Below, piece by piece: positions 54,331 through 64,000 of a DNA stretch of 64,000 nt; the first letter of the stretch is position 1; every line of letters begins with the position of its first letter. This DNA is from Camelus ferus (lineage: Eukaryota), in assembly GCF_009834535.1 (NCBI RefSeq), contig NC_045697.1:93126001-93190000 (forward strand). Direction: 5' to 3'. The translations under genes were made by a program, and so were the position numbers. The notes beneath the pieces are model-generated. The model worked only from the letters and a program-made list of their open reading frames with translations, did not search any database and was not told where the DNA came from.

Positions 54331-54802
54331 CATATACACATACAAACGTAAATATTTAATCAAAAGTGTAGTATTTGATCAAAAGTCATTCAAAAGTCTG
54401 TGGCAACTTCTATTTGCTTCAGTTGTGTTATTCTTTTGCTTTTCCTGACAGTTTTATTTTACATTTTTTCCTAGCTTTAATCAAGTTTTCTCCTTAGACC
54501 TGAAAGAAAACACAAAAATTGCAGTCTCAGTAAATTTTCTCAGAGTGTATACAATTTGATCAGTTACTGCCTAGTGTGTCTCTACTGATAATAAACGTCT
54601 CAATGTTTTTAAGGCAATTTTGCCTGATCAGTAATTAGTAGGTCAAAAATATGTATTAAATGCTTTGGTGCTATGATTCCCAAACTTCTTGAGACTGTAA
54701 GAATTTTCTGAAACACAAAAAATGCAGGCTCAATGCATTCGCAATAGACAATTAAGTAGACCTTAAATGACAAAACCCTGGTAATCTGTATTTTAAACAT
54801 AA

Positions 54803-54935
54803 TTCTCAGCAGAACCTAGGAGTTTGATAGAAATGCAGACTCTCAGAGCCACACTCTGCACTTACTAACTCAAAACCTGCATATTAACAAGCTATCAGTA
54901 TAAACCACACATCCATTAAAGACTGAGAAATATTC
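54803..54935. mobile_element. MER5A-like hAT MITE
   Basis: ggagtttgatagaaatgcagactctcag..ctgcatattaacaag..aaagactgagaaa. Confidence 0.65.
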
Positions 54936-55474
54936 TCTATCACATTCTTTCACTAATATTAGATAAATAAAACCTTTTAATTAGTTCCATGCCCAAGAGG
55001 CTTTCATTGTCTTTCTACTTTATGTGACATAATACCATACAAAACGAGTTCTATCTTCTCAGTTTACAGATCAGAAAACTAAGACCTAGACATAGAATTT
55101 TGATAATTAAATGGCCTTGATATCTAGTCTCCTACTCTCAGTTTCTTCAAAGTTTTTCGTGCTTTGCAACATTCTCTGTCTGTAGTCTAATATTCAAAGA
55201 CCTACACAAATGACTGCCATTTCCAAAATACTTTCACTATTTCATGACAAGACTCCTATGTGTTTATCCATTAAGGCACCGATTCACTCAGGTAAAATAC
55301 TAAACTCCTTCCAATAGTCAATTATATCACTCATCTTTCAAAACTAGTATCACACTTAGAAGTTTATGATTATTAAGGTCTTAGGGACTGAGGAACACAA
55401 CCCCATCAATACACATCAAATGAAATCCTGTAAACCACTCAAAGTATTATTCAGTTAGAACTGTCTTTCCATTC

Positions 55475-55836
55475 CATTACTCAGTCATAAAAAAGAATGA
55501 AATAATGCCATTTGTAGCAACATGGAAGGACCTAGAGATTATCATATTAAGTGAAGTAAGTCAGATAGAGAAAGACAAATATTATATGATGTCGCTTACA
55601 TGCGGAATTTAAAAAAAAATACAAATTATATTTACAAACTGGAAATAGATTTCATGGACATAGAAAACAAATTGTGGTTACCAGGGAGAAGATGGCAGGG
55701 GCAGGGATAAATTAGGAGTTTGGATTTAACAGATACATATCACTATATATAAACTAGATAAACAACAAGGACCTACTATATAACACAGGGAACTTTATTC
55801 AATTTCTTATAATAAGCCATAATGGAAAAAAACCTG

Positions 55837-55878
<42 letters not shown>

Positions 55879-55960
55879 GCTGAATTGTTTTGTTATACAC
55901 TTGAAACTAACATTGTAAATCGACCGCACTTCAATAAAAAATAAGAATTAGAAAAGAAAT
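55475..55960 (+). mobile_element. L1 3' end of cetartiodactyl type with internal (TA)n
   Basis: aaaagaatgaaataatgccatttgtagcaacatggaaggacctagagattatcat..gggataaattaggagtttgg..gataaacaacaaggacctactatataacacagggaact..gaaactaacattgtaaatcgac..tcaataaaaaa. Confidence 0.9.
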
Positions 55961-56037
55961 AGTTTCTTTCTAGTGCATTCTCCAACCATTGAGCCAGAAA
56001 GGGATTCCTGCCTCCCTGAATCTCCTTTGGCAACACT

Positions 56038-56471
56038 TGTATTCATTTTCTATCCCTGCTGTAACAAATAATCACCAATTCTGAGGCTTGAAACTGAACA
56101 CATTTTTTTTCCTCTCACTGTACAAAAGATCAAAAGTCTAAAATTAAGGACCTGGGTTCCTTCTGGAAGATTCCAAGGGTGTTTCCTTGCCTTTTCCAGC
56201 TCCCAGGGGCAGTCTGCATTCCTGGCTCGTGGCCCCTTTCTGGCATCATCCCAGCCTCTTTATTCTGTTGTGGCATCTCTTACTGTTGACTGACCCTTCT
56301 GTCCCCCTCTGATAAAGACCCTTGTGATTACATTGGGCCCATCTGGATAATCTCCTCATCTCAAGATTCTTAACTTAAATCACATTTGCAAGGTTCCTTT
56401 TGCCATAAAGGGTAACAAGCATTATTCACAGGTCACAGGGATTAGGACATGCCATTAGTCAGCCCACCACA
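56038..56471 (-). mobile_element. MaLR solo LTR (MLT1D/E-like)
   Basis: TG..CA ends. ccttgccttttccagct, gacccttgtgattacattgggcccatctggataatc, tcacatttgcaag. Flanks acact and atgct form a 5-bp TSD. Confidence 0.9.
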
Positions 56472-57102
56472 ATGCTGTATACCTGTCATAAAATTTACCA
56501 CAAATGCCTGTATTAGAAATAGCTGTTGACTATTAGGAAGGCGGGAAAGAGAGGGTGGAAACAGAGTAGCACACAAATACAGACAACACTGGAAAGTCAA
56601 ATTCAGTATCAATGAAGAGAATTTTACTGTAAGTGGGTAGTCTTTGATGGTTAAACATTAATTACGAGTTTTGGTTTTATAAAGCATGGATTTCCTGTTA
56701 GGTTTACATACCTCTAATATGAATGACCTATTTTTTTATGCTCTACATCATTTTATTCTTCTGGAAAATAAAAAGTAGTAGCACCACTCCCTAATTTTTT
56801 TTTAGTGTTCAAATTGCTTACTGATCCAATATTTCATACCAAAATGAAGCCATGCTGTTGACTGCCTCCTAGTGATAGTAATTGGTTGAAGGTAAGACCT
56901 GTGATCCAAACCTGACTGATCATAATTTTCTTGAACAGTAGCTCAAAGAATGAGACATTTCATTTCTGGTGGCTAAGATCCAAGTTAATGAGATCCAAAC
57001 TGTTAGCATCCTTCAGCCCAGTCTTGTGAGAAAAGCCAGGGAAAATGAGATGGCCTATTCTGTGCTTCTCTTTTCTGGCTCATTTTGAAGGAAAACACTT
57101 GT

Positions 57103-57160
57103 GTCTATCTGTCTGTCTATCTGTCTATCTATCTATCTATCATTATTATCTATCTATCAT
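57103..57160. repeat. (TCTG/TCTA)n microsatellite
   Basis: Seen directly. Confidence 0.85.
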
Positions 57161-60100
57161 CTAATCTACCATTCTTATACAGACACATACATAAGTAGCA
57201 GTGTATGTACAAGAGTTCTGCCTCTAGACATCTCTCTTGAACTTCTTACTGAAAATATTTTCTTTGAAAATATCTTTCTTTGCTCTATTGATCTGTATTT
57301 CTATATTTAAAGAATGAACCCTGGCAAAATTTATTATTTTTTTATATTCTGAATTATGCACATAGACTAGCATAAAACATCCAAATGGGATACTAATCCT
57401 GGTTATACCATTGCTTAGAACATCAAATTGTTTATAGCACATAATCAGGAGTACACATTACCTTGGAACCTTAATGTCTATTCATCCATTTCTATATATG
57501 TCCACATATATATGTGTATATATATTTGTGTGTGTGCATACACACACACACACAATGTGAAGTATATACATATATTTCTTCACCTTTTTCCAAACATAAT
57601 TCTGCAGTGGAACATTCTGGCTCTTGGTGACAATAGTGGAGCAGTACTCTATGATTCTCTTGTCTAATTGAAATCACATTGTTGTCTTTTTAGACCATTA
57701 CTGAGGCAGTCTGTTTCTCTCTTCCCCAACATTCTACTTAGGATGACTTCAAAGAAATCATAAATTACTGATTTAGCATAACGTTTTTGTTCCCTAGTAT
57801 GCATGGGCTAGAAAGAAATTAGAAGTTAGTTGTCTATATTGATCTTTTGTAGGACATTGCTGCCATGAATATATAATTCAAACGGTAGGCACCAGGGTAG
57901 GTCAACCCTCAGTGAACAGAAGGTAAGTAGCTCAAATAAAAATATGCAGCCTAATAAGGAATTTGCTTTTACTTATGTTTAATTTTCATTGTGTGTAAAA
58001 TACTGCTTGAATATAAAAAGGTAGGCCAGAGCACAAGAATCATGAATATTTAAAAACTACCAGAGGAAAAAATATCAATTACTACCATTGCCCTTGTAAA
58101 CTACTTAACCAAGCTATAAATAAAATTAGTGTTGCAATGTAAATCTTTGGGAGAACAATCTGTTTTATTTACCAAAGTAAATAAAATGTCATAAGTAAAG
58201 TGTCTACATTGTGAACAACCAAAAAAAAAAAAAAAAAAAAACCAATGTTCTGGCCCATGTCAGAGAAATGGTATTTTTGGTATGGAATGCAATGGAGATC
58301 GGTGGGGAAGGGAAGCATGACCCAGGACCTGGTTAAGGGAAAAATGAAACCTAACTTTTTACTGAGCAGTAAGATGATAAATGTCTGATACACAGTTGCC
58401 TAGGAATTCATTTCTGAGCAAGAAGTAATATTATATAACTAGATTTTGCCATCTAAGTCTTCCATCTCATGGAATTGGAAATGATTTATTTTTGATAGTT
58501 TGCCTTACATTCTCAGATTAAATGAAGAGTTCCAGGTTTTTGAAAGTAACAGAAATGGATTAAGAAGTTTGCAAATGGGAAATAGGAAGTTTTAGAATTC
58601 CAGCTTTAGTATGATACATTTATACATTGCTCAGGGGGAACAGATGTCCATTAATTTCTGACAATGAACTCAGGCTGACCATAACTGTAGATAGATCAGC
58701 CAACCACTTTAGGTTGAGATTCAGATTGTCAAAATGCTTTGCAACATTTTCTAAAGGGTGTAATTTTAAGGCAGAAGTTTGTAATGCCCAGAGAGCCGAC
58801 AAAACACAAAAGCACAGTGCGTATAAACACCTGCCCTATAATTAATATTACATCTATTGTTATATTCATGACTGTTTTGTCTGACTCATTGGTTGAGAGT
58901 ACTAAAAGGCATTTTAAAACCTTGAGTGTCTAGAGAAAAGAGAAATTAGCCCTGACATAGAGAAATTTTCTAGCAGCCTCCAATGATTAATTTGTACTTT
59001 CACTGACAGTAAATAAACACTGCTATGTGCTTTTCAGCTAGTAGCATTGCGGCATAAGCTTTCTTTCTGCATTTGACCCTAATTTATCCAGGTAGTGTAT
59101 CTGAGACTCCGTGTTTCAGTGTCAGTCTTGAATGGCACTCTTACCAGCTCTTACGGGATCTGAGTAAAGAAACTATGAAAAGTTTTTTAGATAAGAAGGC
59201 TTTGAGGTCTTTCTAGTGTACTCATTTGCCTAAGTTTGAAAGATACACTAATTACTCTACTTTCTATTGATTCCCACAGTCTAAGGCCACGTAATATTTG
59301 TCACTACAATAGGAGTCCTAAATCTCTCTTCATAACATTTTCTCACTCTATTTTAAAAATACGTCTTTGGACACTTCTCTCAGGAATCAATGAATATTCT
59401 TCACTGCCAACCAATTGTGCATTTGAGAAATTTTTTCACGAAATATCCATTGCATGTTAATATTCTATCACATTGATCTGTGTATTCTCTATCTATAGAT
59501 TTACGCAGTTGTGATTATAGTTCTAATTCTAGCTTTGTAATCACATGCCATCTCTCATTATAAAACAGACAGTAAGTAATGTAGTTATGTATTTATACTG
59601 TATCATGTATCTTATTTATTCTCTTTTCAATTGTGAGCATCTTGACATCAGCGGCTATGTCATATAAATTATCCTGTTTCCTAATCCACAGAACACAATG
59701 AATGCCAGCACAATTTAGATAAGCAATATCAATATGCTAAATTTGACTCACAAATGTTCTAAGAGAGTAGTAAAATTTTTAAAAACATATTCCAAGATGA
59801 ATCCTCAAGGTTGAAGTGATACAAATGTTTTTATTAATATTTCAAATATTCCTATAAAGTGTACTTTCACTCATGATTGATTTGCTCTGTGTAGTCTTTT
59901 GCTGCCAAGTTTCATGTAAAAGCTGAGCACTCTATTTCAGTTCTAGAATCTTCTTGAATTTCTATTCAATTCGAGACTCAATCCAAAAACAGCAGTCTAT
60001 TTTTGATTTTGTTTAATTTCAGAATTAGATTTTTCATATCTGTTATCTGTTAAGAATGCTAAAGTCTGGAATATAACATATATTAATACAACATTTAGAA

Positions 60101-62897
60101 TTCAGGATTCAAACTCAAATATATTACCTTTCCAAACTCTTTCATAAGACTTTTTTTGCACTACTCTTGCTGTAACCATCCATCTTATTTTAACTTATAT
60201 TTCTTTCTTCTCCACACCCATTTTCTTTCATGTATCTCATGTTACCAAGACCACTCCCAAATTAAAAAAAAAACCTGTCATTATAATATGCAATGTCTGC
60301 AGATCTAAGACAAGCAGTGCTTTTAAGTTGCATAAACATTTTCACTGTGCATAATATAAATTACATTAAATGTCACGCAACAAGCTGAGCACACTTCTTT
60401 GGCAGAAAACTTGACTCAACACTGCATAAATGATGCAAACTTTTGATGGCAATGTTCTTTGATAAAAGATTCAAATACAAGTTCAGATACTACTTTGGAC
60501 ATCCTTGAATCCAGTTACTCAGTGATAATTAGTTTCCCTTGTCTTGCAGAATGTTATCCCCTGGAAAAAAGGGAGATCACGTAAGTCCCTGGGATGCATG
60601 ACTGTCAAGTCAAGCTCAAAAAACATATTTTACATTTTCCTCTGATAGAGTTATTTTCTTTCATTAGTAGACAAGTGGATATACAGTAATAAATTCATGG
60701 CCCTAAGCTCTGTGTTCTGTGTTTATTAATGTTTTCATTTTTCATGTTATTTTATAGTATTCTTTTTTGAAACATTGAAAAGTGAGTTGAAATATTAGCA
60801 GTATGGTCACTCATAAAATTGTTAATAAAATTTATTATATCAGAATATATACTTAAATATCATACTGCTGGACTTCAATACTATAATATACAGATATTAC
60901 ATGTTATCTTACACTCATTTTTCTTTCTCTTTTGACTTTCTTTTAGGTGCATGTGTTATCAAGGGTGAAAATGACACAAGGACAATAAGCTGTATACATT
61001 TTACTTTGTGTTTTCTTTCCTCACAGAGAGGAAATCTTGAATGGAACGTTTATTTCCAGTTGGGTATCTTCTCTACTGAAGTTAAAAAAAAAAAAAAAAA
61101 AACTCTCATTGGGTTTTTACATCCAATGTAAAATCACTGGATTTAAATGCCGTTTAAAAAAATAATGATTCTTTTCATACAATAAAGTTTATGAAAAGAG
61201 AAAATGTTGGCTCATGGAAAAGAGATGAATGAATACAATAAGACTTCTGTTGGAGGGATTTATGATGTATATTTAGCATCTTAGACAACATAATAAATCA
61301 CTGCCACAGTCAATGTGAAAAATACATTAGATGCCATTTGTTTTTCATCAGCCTATCTGGGTTCTTTTCCGATGTCATTTTCAAGATTTATACACCAGTT
61401 TTACTTCATATTATAAAAAGTATATTACAGATTATGGAGGAACTCTTAAACATGACTTTTTTTTTTAAATTTTGGGATTGCTCACATGCATACTACCAGC
61501 TTCCTTGTGAATTACTTGTGAAAAAAAGACTACAATGGCAATGAATCCAAAGAAAATACAAATAATGATAAATGCAAGACATCACAAATCCCTCTGCAGC
61601 TGACTATCATATATTGATTTTTCTCTTTACATAGCACTGGGAGATCAAGCTCAGATATCTCGTTTAAATCTATACAGACCCTTGTCCATTACATGTTATA
61701 TAGATTGTAAAACCTACTGACAGCTTTCTATGTCCTACAAAGCTGTGTATGTATCAGTGCTGCACAGGACTATGAATTGTTAATGGTTTTATTCTGTCAA
61801 CCTAGTATTATTCCGTATGCAACAACATATATCAAGTCATGTTAAAATCAGTCTTGATGATGGAGATGAAGACAAAGAAGACCACAACTAAGGATACATT
61901 TAAAGTTTAAAAGTTATTCAGACCCAGGAAATCTCTTGATATCCTAACTACAAACCAAAGTATCTAAAAGTCTTTTTGATGAATGGCTATAAAAAACCCA
62001 AATGTTTAGGTCAAAATAGACTGGAAAGAATATAGTACAAAGAAACAGATATAAGTAAGTGTTTTTGCATATCTTTCTTTGTTAAACAATTCATATTTTA
62101 CTAACTTTCTGCTTGCTCCATTTATTTTTGAGGCAGAGGATTTTTACTGAATCAATCCAAGAATTAAAGATAGTTTTCTAAACCCAAGCTTTTCATTTTG
62201 TCCTCATTACACTGAATTGCTTTTAAAACATTGCCAATTTAAATATTTCAGAGTAGCTATTGCAGGGTTAATCTTGCTAGTCTTATTTAATAATTTATTC
62301 ATATTTTTTTTTCAGATAAGCCAATGTCACATTTATTTAAAACTGGGGAGTTGGATTATACCAAATAGATTACCAAAATAATGACTTTTTTTTGAATATG
62401 CTTTGTTTTTAACACAGTTATTGTTTAAAATGTTTAAGATGCAAATTTTAAAACTTATACTAAATAAGCCTTTTTCCCCATGGGTAGTCAAAGAGGTATT
62501 TAGAATGTGAATCTTGCCCATTCAAATTTATTTAAAGTGTGGATCAGCTCTTGGTCCTCTGGGTGCATTTACATTAACACAAAAATTGCATTTAAAAATG
62601 TATTGTCCTCTTCTACCAAGTTAAATCAATGTGCTTTCATTTTCCCTTAAGGCCAACATAAATGCAAGAATGCAATTTTAAGAGCGAAGGACCTATATAA
62701 ACAAATTCTGTTTCCAATTTCGGGAAGGTGAAACCGAGAGATTGAACAAGGTAACCTTCTGAGCATCTTAATTACTTTTATATAAAAGAAAGACTATTTC
62801 TATAGTGAACATTATATAATCCATGAAGTTTAACACATGAAGTAAAACCATAGCCAAAATCTCGGAACAAGTACTGATAACAAAGGACAAATAATAC

Positions 62898-62929
62898 GTG
62901 TGTGTGTGTGTGTGTGTGTCGGTGTGTGT
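62898..62929. repeat. (TG)n microsatellite
   Basis: Seen directly. Confidence 0.95.
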
Positions 62930-63149
62930 AAAATATGAATAAACACATGTGTATTTATATTTGCATTTTACCAAATGTCCCACCATATGACCTGTTACAT
63001 CTACATGTATTTTTATCTAAGGATGAAGTATACTACAGTCTAATAAAAAACTCACATCTGAGAGGTTAAACACAAATCTGTCGCAAGTGTCACTACAATC
63101 TAATTGCAATACAATATAATAGGTCAGAAATTCTAGAGGTATTTGGAAT

Positions 63150-63625
63150 CTGAAGAGGCACAATCATTTAGAGCTTGAAAGGGACATAATAGTTACTGTG
63201 GCCCAAAGTATTGGGTTGTTTTGCATACATTTAAGTTATTTTCTTCTTAGAACTTTTATCTCATGTTAGCCACATTAAGATGAAGAAAATGAATTTCAGG
63301 AAGTTTAAAGAACTTGCACAAGGGGATACATATAGTACTAGGCATGTTCTTCAAAGCCAGCTCTGTTGTAATTTAAAAGTCCTTTTTGTCACTGTAGCTA
63401 CAGCTTTTATATCCAGGCCTACACTACTTATTGCCTGAATCATCTCACTTACACACATGTCAACATCTTTCTTATAACAGTGATAAAATTATAGAGTGAT
63501 AGAGCTAGAAGGATCTTTTCAATCAATTAACTGATCCCTGTTGTTTACAGATGGGAAAAATTAAGGCCCAATAAAGTCACAGGAAATTTCTAAAACAAAA
63601 GAGCTTTTAATATCAGAGGAAGACC
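63150..63625 (-). mobile_element. Decayed MIR/MIR3 fragments
   Basis: agatgaagaaaatgaatttcaggaagtttaaagaacttgcacaagg; agagctagaaggatc..tttacagatgggaaaaattaaggccca. Confidence 0.6.
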
Positions 63626-64000
63626 TGGAAAGCAGGGCAGTCAATGAAAGCTCTATACATAGCAAATATGTCTTTCAAAGACCATTTTCTTCACATGGAT
63701 AAGCAAATAACTTAAGTAGAAATGAAGTAAAACACCTACATGCTGTGCCTTATGAGATAACTTTTGCTTAAAGATTAGTTCACATCCATATTCAGACTTG
63801 ATTTCCAGCCTCTCTTCCTGAGTCTGACATTTTTTTCCATGAGATTTATAGCTTTTGTTTGCAAAGCAAATGCAGAAATAATGCACCCCAAAAGATCACT
63901 GGCAACATTTTCTTTAAAAGGGCAAAAATACCTTCTTTTAGATATTATTTTTTTCCTATTCTTTAGCTTTCTTTCTCAGGAAATTATTGAAAACATACCA

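Noticed and set aside
55455..55975. TSD for the cetartiodactyl-type L1
   Set aside because: agaactgtctttcca versus agaaatagtttctttcta is only a partial match.
1..64000. CRISPR array, operon, tRNA/rRNA gene, NUMT, CpG-island promoter or multi-exon protein-coding gene
   Set aside because: No repeat-spacer periodicity, long ORF, recognisable structural RNA, mitochondrial gene or CpG island was seen. Small exons of a very large gene cannot be excluded by eye.

Overview
This is AT-rich, CpG-poor eutherian genomic DNA, intergenic or deep intronic, with no recognisable intact protein-coding gene, RNA gene or CRISPR array. The six-frame ORFs are either chance ORFs or retroelement remnants. The main feature is a decayed but structurally complete class I (gammaretrovirus-like, ERV1) provirus at 261-6824. 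It has two related ~365-bp LTRs, a 4-bp GCCT target-site duplication (TSD), gag with a CCHC knuckle, pro, RT, RNase H and integrase remnants, and a polypurine tract (PPT), but no room for env. A second, LTR-less 1.5-kb pol fragment of the same family lies inverted at ~16522-18025. The rest is old mammalian repeats (L1, L2, MIR, MaLR/ERVL/ERV1 LTRs, hAT MITEs, several nested) plus unique stretches. A few unique stretches carry enhancer-like PBX-HOX/MEIS motif pairs or strong splice-site pairs. A cetartiodactyl-type L1 3' end with no obvious ruminant, pig or cetacean SINEs suggests a camelid source (inference). Repeat family names come from recalled consensus sequences and need RepeatMasker/Dfam confirmation. 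I cannot support a claim of a new biological system; the best leads are listed as findings.
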